A DNA stretch of 54,010 bases. Origin: a virus (Duplodnaviria; Caudoviricetes). This document shows, in pieces, positions 36,461 to 45,294 of this stretch. The position numbers were made by a program, and so were the translations under genes. The notes beneath the pieces were generated by a model. The model did no database searches and had not been told where the DNA came from. It saw only the letters and a program-made list of their open reading frames with translations. The stretch is from positions 1 to 54,010 of the IMG/VR virus record IMGVR_UViG_3300036944_000329, one strand, 5' to 3'. The first letter of the stretch is position 1. The number at the start of each line of letters is the position of its first letter.

Positions 36461-36735
36461 CTTGGAAACTTACAGATGAACCTAACAGTACGTTCATTTA
36501 CGAACTGAATGAGAAAGGTAGCAATATCTGGTTTGCTAATGTTCAACCGGGGTTTGATAACAATGGTAAACGTGGCACTGAAGATTATCTGCATAAAATT
36601 GCCAGCAAAATGTCTCATGCGGAAGATATGTACGATCTGTTAAAGGACATTCTGAATTCAAATTGCAGAACATCTGAGTTTAATGACGATATCGAAGATC
36701 TAATGGAGCGGATCAATACAGGAGAAAGAAAATGA
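36457..36735 (+). CDS. Hypothetical protein
   Basis: RBS GGAG; overlaps neighbours. Confidence 0.6.
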   Translation: MTWKLTDEPNSTFIYELNEKGSNIWFANVQPGFDNNGKRGTEDYLHKIASKMSHAEDMYDLLKDILNSNCRTSEFNDDIEDLMERINTGERK

Positions 36736-36917
36736 AATATATAACAACAAAAGAGATGCACATGAGGGTGGGTTTTAGCTCATTTACTCTGCCAGTCGGG
36801 TCTACTGTCGAAGTTAATCAGGTAGATACAGAACACAGGAAAGTCTTAGTAAGGATTGGTAGAGATATTGATTGGGTGCCTGATGTAATCATGCAATCTT
36901 TGGAATTGGTTAAGTAG
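36732..36917 (+). CDS. Small hypothetical protein (duplicate copy 2)
   Basis: Near-identical to 35947-36147. Confidence 0.7.
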   Translation: MKYITTKEMHMRVGFSSFTLPVGSTVEVNQVDTEHRKVLVRIGRDIDWVPDVIMQSLELVK

Positions 36918-36930
36918 GGGGTGTAGTTAG

Positions 36931-37272
36931 ATGAAACTGTCAAAACAATTGATCAAACGATTCAAAAATCCTAACATCGCAGTCAGGTTGATAAATGGTC
37001 GCTACAAAATGGCTACGGCGACAGTTACCTACTCAAATGGTTGTACATATATTGTTGAAGTGACTAGAGTACACAAACTCACGGAGATGTTTGGAGGCAA
37101 GGAATATCGTAAATTCTTGTCACCTACCTCTAAGAACTCACACGATGTAATTGACGTACCTCCAGAATTAGAATGGGTAGCTGACAAGTTGTATGAATTG
37201 GCATACATTTCGGATGAAGATGCCCTTTTAAATCGAGAGAGCATCTTAAAACTTCTTTCAGATCATTTTTAA
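36931..37272 (+). CDS. Hypothetical protein
   Basis: 113-aa ORF in the operon. Confidence 0.55.
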   Translation: MKLSKQLIKRFKNPNIAVRLINGRYKMATATVTYSNGCTYIVEVTRVHKLTEMFGGKEYRKFLSPTSKNSHDVIDVPPELEWVADKLYELAYISDEDALLNRESILKLLSDHF

Positions 37273-37286
37273 GTAGGAGACTGTCA

Positions 37287-37514
37287 GTGACGCTATTACA
37301 GATTTACATCCTGTTACATACCCTTTGCTCGATAATCTGCTACGGAGCCGTGTTCGGATATTGGCAAGGTAAATACGAGATAATCAGAAATGAACATTAC
37401 ATCTTTGATATTTTATTCTCAATGTTCTGGGCACTTTTTGGCCCACTAGGTTTGTTAAGTGCATACAGTTTTTCAAAAGGTACATTGTTCAATTACGGGT
37501 TCAAGTTCTATTAA
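37287..37514 (+). CDS. Small membrane protein
   Basis: Two hydrophobic segments; RBS AGGAG. Confidence 0.55.
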   Translation: MTLLQIYILLHTLCSIICYGAVFGYWQGKYEIIRNEHYIFDILFSMFWALFGPLGLLSAYSFSKGTLFNYGFKFY

Positions 37515-37517
37515 TAG

Positions 37518-37754
37518 ATGGAGACTGAAATGTATTACATAATCATCCTAACAGACACATCTGGTAAAGAAATCGCTCAAAGAGCAGTGTCTAATGAATT
37601 GAACGACTATTGGTTGAAGATGGTAGCTCAAAATATGCTGGATAAGTATGGACGGAGCATTGCTGATACGATTGTGTCAGTGGTGCGATGGGATGGGAAG
37701 TGTTATGAAATTGTTGAAAAGAATTTGTTGAAAGGTGTTCCGAAAACGAAATAA
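37518..37754 (+). CDS. Hypothetical protein
   Basis: Packed in the operon. Confidence 0.5.
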   Translation: METEMYYIIILTDTSGKEIAQRAVSNELNDYWLKMVAQNMLDKYGRSIADTIVSVVRWDGKCYEIVEKNLLKGVPKTK

Positions 37755-37821
37755 ACATGTTGCACAAGAGGAATGTGTGGGCTAGAATGTCTTTAACGAA
37801 TCAAGCAACAGGAGAATCCAA

Positions 37822-38112
37822 ATGAAACACATTACCAAACAAGAAGCTCTGAACAAGATCAACTCCAGCAACGGACGTGTGTTCGGGGTTGTGTTTGAGA
37901 AGGCTGACGGAAGTGTGCGTAAGATGTCTGGACGTATTGATGTGACCAAACACCTCAAAGGAGGGGTGGCTACATATAAGGGGAAGGATGGATCTAAGCA
38001 GAATGTCGGTCTGTACGAGATGGCTGGCAAGAAGAGTGGGTATAAGTGTTTTAGTCTGGATCGTCTGAAAGAGATTCATATTGATAACGAAGAATATGTG
38101 GTGGAGGAATAA
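37822..38112 (+). CDS. SH3-like beta-barrel protein
   Basis: F.V.F.K.DGS.R.M...L/V.+.....GY+.F.L..L pattern. Upstream TTGCAC-N17-TAGAAT and RBS AGGAG. Confidence 0.55.
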   Translation: MKHITKQEALNKINSSNGRVFGVVFEKADGSVRKMSGRIDVTKHLKGGVATYKGKDGSKQNVGLYEMAGKKSGYKCFSLDRLKEIHIDNEEYVVEE

Positions 38113-38115
38113 GGT

Positions 38116-38448
38116 ATGAACAAGATTCTTATTGCAAGCATTGTTCTGACAGGGGTGGCTTCCAGTGTTCAGGCAAATCCAATCGCTGACGGGTGTCGGG
38201 AATATGAAGGTCTGGCTAAGAGTCTTATGCAACATCGTCAAGAAGAAACGTCTATGTCCAAGCTTTTTGGTATGATTGATACAGGTGATGCTAAAGTGGA
38301 TAATGTTGCTAAGCTGATCTTGCTTGATGCTTATGAACAGACGGGGTGGGCTAGTAAAGATCGTCAGGATAAGGCTGTTCGAGAGTTCGGTAATAAGTGG
38401 TGGAAAGAGTGTGTCAAGAATCCTGAAATGTTCTTTGATTTGGATTGA
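38116..38448 (+). CDS. Secreted/periplasmic hypothetical protein
   Basis: Signal peptide MNKILIASIVLTGVASSVQA and a Cys pair. Confidence 0.6.
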   Translation: MNKILIASIVLTGVASSVQANPIADGCREYEGLAKSLMQHRQEETSMSKLFGMIDTGDAKVDNVAKLILLDAYEQTGWASKDRQDKAVREFGNKWWKECVKNPEMFFDLD

Positions 38449-38636
38449 TAGGGGTGTATCTCAGGGAGTCTTGCAACGATTTAATGTAAAAGTTCGGCAG
38501 GATAAGATACCGGGTAGTTCCTCATTTGGTGGCGAACCATTTAAGGGGAGAGTTCGACAAAATCCGTTTGTAAGGGGTGTCATCAGAATTTCAGGGCCGA
38601 GGATTTAAGATAAAATTTCCATAAAAAGGAACACAC

Positions 38637-38990
38637 ATGCAACTACAGAAGCTAGACAATGGTGATGTCTTGATCAAAGGTGGTCACAACGGTAAGTGGC
38701 AGGAGGAGATTCTAGTTAAGAGTCATTTGGTTCCTATCTTTGAAACCATCATTGGCTTGCTATATGACGAAGACATGTATATTGATACATACATATACGT
38801 AGGACAAGAATCAGATCAAAGCGATGATGATTGGGATGAGCAACAAATAATGATCTCTCAGAGTGCTAGACAGCTACACCTATCACAAGACCAGTCTGTG
38901 AGTAACACACGAGCAAGACTGCATAATGTCACATTAGATATGAAGCAGCAGCTAGAATTGCTTACATGGTTAGATCAGGAATACAAATGA
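38637..38990 (+). CDS. Hypothetical protein
   Basis: RBS AAGGA; followed by a terminator. Confidence 0.55.
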   Translation: MQLQKLDNGDVLIKGGHNGKWQEEILVKSHLVPIFETIIGLLYDEDMYIDTYIYVGQESDQSDDDWDEQQIMISQSARQLHLSQDQSVSNTRARLHNVTLDMKQQLELLTWLDQEYK

Positions 38991-39002
38991 GACAGAGTAT
39001 TT

Positions 39003-39038
39003 AGGCCAGATGTCCTTGATTGGATGTCTGGCCTTTTT
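39003..39038 (+). terminator. Rho-independent terminator (near-copy of 8363-8399)
   Basis: AGGCCAGATGTCC-TTGATT-GGATGTCTGGCCT followed by TTTT. Confidence 0.85.
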
Positions 39039-39244
39039 GTTTGTGCGATGGGTGGAGCAGGTCGATTTTGGCTGAGGGGAGGCTAGATTGATTTGGCCAG
39101 ATTTTCTTGAATGGGAATTTGGGTAAGGTCGGTTTCGGTTGAGGGAGCAAGGAGATGAAATGCTGAAATTCTCTGAGCTAAAATTTTGGGTAAGGTCGGT
39201 TTTGTTTCAGGAAAACCAGTTTTCAAATCCCCAGATTTTCTGGC

Positions 39245-39358
39245 CTAAATTAACTCTTACTAAATTAGCATCTACTAATAAATCCCTAGCTAAATTAGCA
39301 TTGTCTAAATTAGCTCCAGCTAATATAAACATGCGTAAATTAGCCTTTACTAATTTAG
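39245..39358. repeat. Degenerate 15-bp-period array of CTAAATTAG-like motifs (8 units)
   Basis: Motif starts at 39245, 39260, 39275, 39290, 39305, 39320, 39335 and 39350. Confidence 0.85.
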
Positions 39359-39657
39359 TAAATTACAATATACGACTAATTCTCATTTGCTATCTTTCGG
39401 GCACGGTCGGCCCTCCCCCGCTGGGGTAGCAAAAATATCCGTCCACAATGCAATTATGCCATATCATTACCAGCGAATGCAAGCGCATACTCTAAAATTT
39501 ATTTTCCCGGTTATCTGGTCAAAATGTATTGACTGTATCGCCCCTTTCGTGCTATTCGCGTGCGTGCGCGTGATATATAAGGTGACTATAGCTGAATGGT
39601 ATATGTATATATGAATACGTAATAAGCAAATTATTCTAAAATTTTCTGTTTTAGTTG

Positions 39658-39685
39658 TTGACGCCGTGTCTGATTGCTTTATACT
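39658..39685 (+). promoter_or_regulatory. Early sigma70-like promoter
   Basis: TTGACG-N16-TATACT with an AT-rich upstream tract. Confidence 0.65.
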
Positions 39686-39853
39686 TAGTTACATAAGGTT
39701 AGCGACCTGAACAGCCCGGACCTGATGACCATGGTAGACCATGCGAGGCGTTCCGTTCCGAAAGGATAAAACAGCGCGGGGCTTGAGCCTTAAAGCGTAT
39801 TCTAATTAGAGTGTGCTTTAAAACTTAAACCAGAAAATGTAACAGGTGAAAAC

Positions 39854-40093
39854 ATGAATATTAACATTGATCCACGTTTTAACGTTCTGCTAGAAAACGA
39901 TGAGGACAATTCTTTTGCCATTGAAGTGGCTGAGGTGATTCAGGACATGCTCGAAAGTGAGGAGGTTAGCGCAGGAGAGAAGGGGCGCTGGTTTAACTTG
40001 AAAGAGGACATGCTTAAAGCGGTCGAGCTGAGCAAATCCCTTGAGCATGATTGGATTGAATCGGAGTTAGAATTCTGGGGATTGAACTATTAA
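39854..40093 (+). CDS. Acidic early protein
   Basis: RBS AGGTG; Glu/Asp-rich. Confidence 0.65.
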   Translation: MNINIDPRFNVLLENDEDNSFAIEVAEVIQDMLESEEVSAGEKGRWFNLKEDMLKAVELSKSLEHDWIESELEFWGLNY

Positions 40094-40174
40094 GCGTAGA
40101 ATTATCCGGCTGCATTCTTTCGAGTGCAGCCCAGTAATTCAATGCAACACAAACAAACGAAAAGGTATAAGCTT

Positions 40175-40567
40175 ATGCTTACAAATAAAGAATACTGGGT
40201 CGAAGTAAACGCCACTGCTGAAACAGTAGTGGAAACAGCATTTGATATCCTGCAATATGATGGGATTGAATCGCCCACTATTAAACAAGTGTATGACACT
40301 ATTTTCGACAGTGTACTTCATGAAACGGTGGACGCGCATCAATGGGTTATTTATACCGCATACCATTTACCAATTCTACAGCATACAGATAATGCTGAGT
40401 ATATGGTGGACAATTTCGGCGGTGATTATGTCGAGCACGCTGTAAAGGAATCAGGTGTTGGTGGATTGCATCAGGCAATGGCTTATTGGGCACTGTATGC
40501 CGATATTGCAGATAAAATTGATTCTGATTTTATTGCAGAAACTTTGGGCGATAAAGTAAGCGAGTAA
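40175..40567 (+). CDS. Ocr-like (DNA-mimic) acidic protein, putative anti-restriction
   Basis: AFDILQYDGI...DSVLHETVDAHQWVIYT resembles T7 Ocr helices as recalled (AYEMLKENIRYDDI...DAIHMAAD.AVPHYY); acidic; early position. Confidence 0.5.
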   Translation: MLTNKEYWVEVNATAETVVETAFDILQYDGIESPTIKQVYDTIFDSVLHETVDAHQWVIYTAYHLPILQHTDNAEYMVDNFGGDYVEHAVKESGVGGLHQAMAYWALYADIADKIDSDFIAETLGDKVSE

Positions 40568-40627
40568 CCATTAAACGCGCCTACTATTTGTGGGCGCATA
40601 TTTTCCTAAAGTGTAATAGGTGAAATT

Positions 40628-41176
40628 ATGTCAATTAAAAAACTTATCTCCGATATTAATAAGGCTGTAGAATGGTGGACTGATTATCAGGAGGACAACC
40701 GCGCTGGCGAGGAGTGTATTCCTTTCGATTGTATCACTGATGCATATGCTTATCGTAAAAACGATATCGATCAATCACTAATTGATACATTGGCTGAGGC
40801 TGGTATCAACACAGACAATATTGATCTGGATCGTTTAGTTGATCGCCTCTTACACTTTCATCTTGAATATGAAACGGGGCACATATTTAGTGGGCATGAC
40901 AATTACAAGGTTTATTTTGATCACTGGCCATTGCAGGAGCATCATACGCAGTTCGATATTAACTCAGATGAGCATGGTCGAATAACTCCTGCACGTCTTA
41001 AGGTGTTACAGCGTAATATAGACGCCTGCATATCCTCTTATCAGGAATACAAAACAGACAACACTATACAATCAATTGACCTTTGCTGGACTACGGATGC
41101 CGTTTGGATTGTATACGTCAACAAGGATGCGATTATAGAAGCGTACACCGATATAACAGAAGAGGTTGAAGAATAA
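40628..41176 (+). CDS. Acidic early hypothetical protein
   Basis: RBS AGGTG; 182 aa. Confidence 0.65.
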   Translation: MSIKKLISDINKAVEWWTDYQEDNRAGEECIPFDCITDAYAYRKNDIDQSLIDTLAEAGINTDNIDLDRLVDRLLHFHLEYETGHIFSGHDNYKVYFDHWPLQEHHTQFDINSDEHGRITPARLKVLQRNIDACISSYQEYKTDNTIQSIDLCWTTDAVWIVYVNKDAIIEAYTDITEEVEE

Positions 41177-41349
41177 TGAAAATAAAAACAGTACAAGGTT
41201 TTCGGGGTTATTGGACGGCAACCAAAGGAACCAAAGTGATTGCACGGCATAACAGCCTTACACTACTTGAGCAGGAACTAAAGGCCCAAGGATATACGGA
41301 ACACAGGGTGAAATTTTATAAAGGCGGCGAACGTGTGTACTCAATTTAA
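41176..41349 (+). CDS. Small basic hypothetical protein (57 aa)
   Basis: MKIKTVQGFRGYW...RVYSI*; TAATG overlap with the upstream gene. Confidence 0.5.
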   Translation: MKIKTVQGFRGYWTATKGTKVIARHNSLTLLEQELKAQGYTEHRVKFYKGGERVYSI

Positions 41350-41458
41350 AACCAGTGCAAAGGATGCGATTATAGGCGGTAGTGTGTGGGCCATAGTGGT
41401 GGCTGGATTGTTTCAAATTATTCTCATTAATGCTTAATCAATTCCAATAGGTAGAATC

Positions 41459-41647
41459 ATGATTATTTCTCAGTCCGTAGAGTTTGACGTTATTTTGAAA
41501 GAGAATCTCGACTATAAAGGGGAAAAGGTGTTCACTGTTATCTATGGATTGCAGGTGGAACAATTCAAGGATCTGCTAGTTGCTTTGGATGAATACACCT
41601 CATGCATCAGTCATGCCGCAGCTTGTGAAGGCTATTTTGGGGAATAA
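41459..41647 (+). CDS. Hypothetical protein
   Basis: F.V.YGLQ...A....CI.HA..C.G pattern; RBS AGGT. Confidence 0.55.
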   Translation: MIISQSVEFDVILKENLDYKGEKVFTVIYGLQVEQFKDLLVALDEYTSCISHAAACEGYFGE

Positions 41648-41651
41648 GACA

Positions 41652-41780
41652 ATGAAGGCTCAAATTACAAAAGAGACATTTTCCTCCCTGTATAAAGCCG
41701 CAGGGGATTTTATTGGTGGTATCTTTTGGGCCGTAGTAGTTGCTGGATTGTTTCAGCTTATATTGATTCGTGTTAAATAA
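41652..41780 (+). CDS. Small membrane peptide (42 aa)
   Basis: Start MKAQITK after GGGGAATAAGACA; one TM helix. Confidence 0.5.
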   Translation: MKAQITKETFSSLYKAAGDFIGGIFWAVVVAGLFQLILIRVK

Positions 41781-41799
41781 CGGTTGGAGACTATAGATT

Positions 41800-42108
41800 A
41801 TGAAAATCGCATATATTGAAACGCACAAATACGCACCCGAGCTGAACAAAGCTGTTTTACAGAACGGTGCAGTGTTGGACGCGCCATCATGCTATACAAT
41901 AAGGGATTTTCGAAAGACTAATTTTCCAATGGTGCGGAAGGGTCGATGGTGTAAGATAGAATATGTCAACCATGACATGCCTGGATTAAACCGCACCTAT
42001 AATGGGCACGCCAATTATAAGGGAATAATGGTTACACTGAAGGCATTAAAAAAGCGGCATAACATGCCCAATGGTCAATTCAAAATCAGCATTAAATATA
42101 TAGGGTGA
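41800..42108 (+). CDS. Basic hypothetical protein
   Basis: RBS GGAG. Confidence 0.55.
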   Translation: MKIAYIETHKYAPELNKAVLQNGAVLDAPSCYTIRDFRKTNFPMVRKGRWCKIEYVNHDMPGLNRTYNGHANYKGIMVTLKALKKRHNMPNGQFKISIKYIG

Positions 42109-42185
42109 TATTATGGCATGGGATACTAGAATTAGAAAATGGCGTATCAATTGAGACAATTAACCCAGTAATGGGGAATAAGACA

Positions 42186-42275
42186 ATGGCAATGATCACC
42201 ACCAAAAACCAGCGCAAGCAACACAAAGCACAACGTAAGGCCAGAAGGAATGCGCGTGGCAAGTTGTGGCAATGA
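42186..42275 (+). CDS. Small Arg/Lys-rich peptide (29 aa)
   Basis: MAMITTKNQRKQHKAQRKARRNARGKLWQ*. It is preceded by the same 16-nt initiation sequence, GGGGAATAAGACAATG, as the gene at 41652. Confidence 0.5.
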   Translation: MAMITTKNQRKQHKAQRKARRNARGKLWQ

Positions 42276-42294
42276 GTGACTAGTGTGAACAATG

Positions 42295-42333
42295 GCCCGG
42301 ATTATCTTAGTAGGTAGTCCGGGCTTTATTTTT
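42295..42333 (+). terminator. Rho-independent terminator of the early operon
   Basis: GCCCGGATTATCT-TAGT-AGGTAGTCCGGGC followed by TTTATTTTT. Confidence 0.8.
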
Positions 42334-42399
42334 GGCTGTAATAATGTATTTGAGATACATCTTTATCAGTGTTTCATGTGGAACATTTGCCACCATTGG

Positions 42400-42582
42400 T
42401 GCCTGAATCAATCCTTGCCTGAATCAATCCTTGCCTGTATCATCCTTGCCTGTATCATCCTTGCCTGTATCATCCTTGCCTGTATCATCCTTGCCTGTAT
42501 CATCCTTGCCTGTATCAATCTTGCCTGTATCAATCTTGCCTGTATCATCCTTGCCTATAGCATCCTTGCCTGAATCAATCCT
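42400..42582. repeat. Tandem repeat, 12 units of 15/16 bp (TGCCTGTATCATCCT)
   Basis: Two 16-bp TGCCTGAATCAATCCT units, nine 15-bp units and a final 16-bp unit. Confidence 0.95.
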
Positions 42583-43822
42583 TGAAAGGATAGCCCACTC
42601 CCCATCCAAGCCACTATACCCCACTAAACATGTCCACAAAATACACTTTTTGACATAGAATGGCATATGCCGGACATATGCCCAGATCATCCAGCCTAAA
42701 CATGTCTCCAAAATACATTTTGGACATAATCTCCAGCCTACATTATTGCACCTAAACATGTAATCGAGATACATTATTGCCAGATAACATGTATTACGTA
42801 TACATTATTGCAGCCTAGAATCCGCCTGTAAGCTTGCCTAAGACAATCTAGCCTGAGTATATACGCCACTATATGTAACAGGATAACGTGGCACACAATG
42901 TAAGATAGAAGGCCTCAGCGGCATAGTGGCGGGTAGTTTGAGGAGATTCTAACAGGATGAGATATGGTGGGAGGTGGCGTGTTAAACACCTCAAGTGATA
43001 TTGTCCAAATTACACCTCGAACGATATTGTCGAAATCTAGGTCTGGATGATCTTCACAGGAAACCAACTCAGAATTCCAGCCTCGATATGGGAGGGGGTG
43101 TTTTGGACAGAAATGCAGCCTAGAATTCCAGCCTAAATGTTCAGCCTAAATTTTACAGGGGAGAATTCTGGACAAGACGCCTGAACACTAGATATATAGG
43201 GACATCTAGCCTAGATATGCAGCCTACACTATAGGGGCAGGGGGTACTTTGGGATAGGCTCTGGCAACAATTACATAAGGGATATGTCTATCTATAGGAA
43301 TTATAAAGGGAAATTCTGGAGGGATGTCTGATCACGATGTTGTAGCAATGTATATATGTATTGCTATTACATGTATTGTAAAGAGTATTGTTGTTAGGAT
43401 GTATTTAGAATAGGGATATGTGCTAGAAATCTAGCCTAAATGTCTTGGCAAGGGTATGTGGCTACAAATCCTAGCAATAGGGACACACAAGTGTGCATAT
43501 GTGTATTTACGTGATTCCTATCTAGAGGGTCTTAGCCTATATCTTGTGCGGATATTTGTGCTGGATGTGTTGACTAGAATGCTGGTTAGAATAGGGGCTG
43601 GATATTGAGCACAGAGATGCGCACACGGATGTGGCTAGGTGGTCTTGGTAAGAAGGGGAGAATATAAATACACGTATTTCTCCCCATCTTGGTAGGATGT
43701 TCTTGTAAAAATCTCTCCCTGAGAATACTCTTCCAAGGAGGTCGGCAAACTCCCATTTTATGCGGGTTACAGACTAGCAAAATCCAATCTGTCCCCCACC
43801 CTTGGTCGGCAAACTATTTTGT

Positions 43823-45253
43823 CTAAATATCCATGCTGATCCTCTTCTTCAATGCACGTCCTCCAAATCGTAAGTATTCTTCAAATGTAAAGCACTTACA
43901 TTCAGGATTCCTTTCAATCCATCTCTGATAATCTTGTGTACGTCTTTTGAGTTTGATTGGATCTAGTCCAGAATCCTTCCCAGAATAATCTCCACCCAAC
44001 CATGACTCAAACAATCTCTGCATACGAGCACTGAGTATAGCCACTTTCATCGGTTGTCTGTTTCGAACACATCCTCTAAACAACCACTGCAACATCTCTG
44101 ACAAAGCATACCTGTCTTTATTCATAGGAACACCTTTGTGTGAGAAATAGGTGGCTACACTCTGATGAGGATGTTTGTTGATACAATATATCATCAGTTT
44201 CTTGTGACTATATTCATTAGTGGCTCTCACTGTATGTGATAGAAAACTGTGCCTACACTCTTCATCACCATCTTGATCTAAGAATGTGCAGTCCGAGCAC
44301 TCACCAATCTTAACCGTCTTTAGCCACTTCTCTGTATCGACCATCTTGCCATCAACATCTTTCCAAGATGAATACATAGTAAACAGAGTGTCCTCTAACC
44401 TTGTATCAGTCATGTCCATAAGATTCTTGATACAATTATTTAGCTCAGATCGTATTGAATCATGTTTCTGGTAATAACCCTTGGTTAATGCACCTTTGTC
44501 ATACCCATAACAACTACAATCAACAACTGTGATCAAGGATCTGAATGTTTCCATGATCTCATCCACTTTCCTCTGATCAATCTGATAGTAGTCAAAAGGT
44601 GTTTCATAATACTTGAAGTAGTGATACATGACACTTCCTTCAAACATATATGTCAGGATGACCACCTTATCGAATAGTTCAATAAGTCTTAGAGGAATCT
44701 CGAACACAAAGAACTTATCGTGTATCAGATATAGCTGTTCATTATCTGCTGCTGTCCATATATCACGATATCGTTCAAGACGTTTTCCTGTCCACGTTAC
44801 ACGCTTGTCATCTTCATTCACAGCAATGAATTGTGCTTTCAGAAGTGCTTTCGTATCTTCATTACTTACACCTGATTGAAGTGGCCTAACTGTCTCTAAC
44901 ACTTCGTCCATGACCAATATCTTCTTACCCTTTGTTGTCTTATATGCGATGCTCTTTAACATCTTCTGGGTAAGGTTCTCGAACATAGCATGTGACGTAA
45001 CAACACTCTTGTCCGTGTGTTCTAGCAAGTGTTCTAGTGATTGTGTTTTTGTATGTTTCTCTGAAGATGGTTCAGTAAAGTCTATTTCAGGACAACTCTG
45101 AATATACCTACTCACTTCTGATAGTAGTGGTGTGAATACAAAGTAGAAGTTGTCTGGATTATTATTTATCTCTTGTATTACTTCGTTAGTCTTGCCGTAA
45201 GACATCGGTGCATCATATACTAATATCTTTTTCTTGTGGTCAAACAATCCCAT
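43823..45253 (-). CDS. SF2/DEAD-like helicase, possible origin-binding protein
   Basis: DAPMSYGKT, +TP.LSEV.R, MDEV, LTY+F.GS, RATN.Y and SEM.QW+FR..+R. Probable start MGLF. Confidence 0.75.
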   Translation of the reverse strand: MGLFDHKKKILVYDAPMSYGKTNEVIQEINNNPDNFYFVFTPLLSEVSRYIQSCPEIDFTEPSSEKHTKTQSLEHLLEHTDKSVVTSHAMFENLTQKMLKSIAYKTTKGKKILVMDEVLETVRPLQSGVSNEDTKALLKAQFIAVNEDDKRVTWTGKRLERYRDIWTAADNEQLYLIHDKFFVFEIPLRLIELFDKVVILTYMFEGSVMYHYFKYYETPFDYYQIDQRKVDEIMETFRSLITVVDCSCYGYDKGALTKGYYQKHDSIRSELNNCIKNLMDMTDTRLEDTLFTMYSSWKDVDGKMVDTEKWLKTVKIGECSDCTFLDQDGDEECRHSFLSHTVRATNEYSHKKLMIYCINKHPHQSVATYFSHKGVPMNKDRYALSEMLQWLFRGCVRNRQPMKVAILSARMQRLFESWLGGDYSGKDSGLDPIKLKRRTQDYQRWIERNPECKCFTFEEYLRFGGRALKKRISMDI

Positions 45254-45294
45254 CCATATCTCCCATATAATAAAAGAGGACAAAGCCCTCTCGG

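Noticed and set aside
38450-38630. Possible ncRNA, or ORF 38324-38608
   Set aside because: The ORF overlaps a better-supported gene out of frame, and no convincing secondary structure or repeat could be defined.
39139-39429. 96-aa ORF with KLA repeats
   Set aside because: It is a by-product of the 15-bp-period array and has no convincing initiation signal.
39722-39770. Hammerhead ribozyme (CTGATGA ... GAAA)
   Set aside because: The stem after CTGATGA is followed by CGAGG rather than YGAAA, and no stem III with a cleavage triplet could be built.
42292-42774. ORFs 42292-42573, 42424-42774 and 42431-42658 (ACIIL/GKDDT/PVSSL repeats)
   Set aside because: They are translations of the 15-bp tandem repeat in different frames, have no clear RBS, and overlap or follow the terminator.
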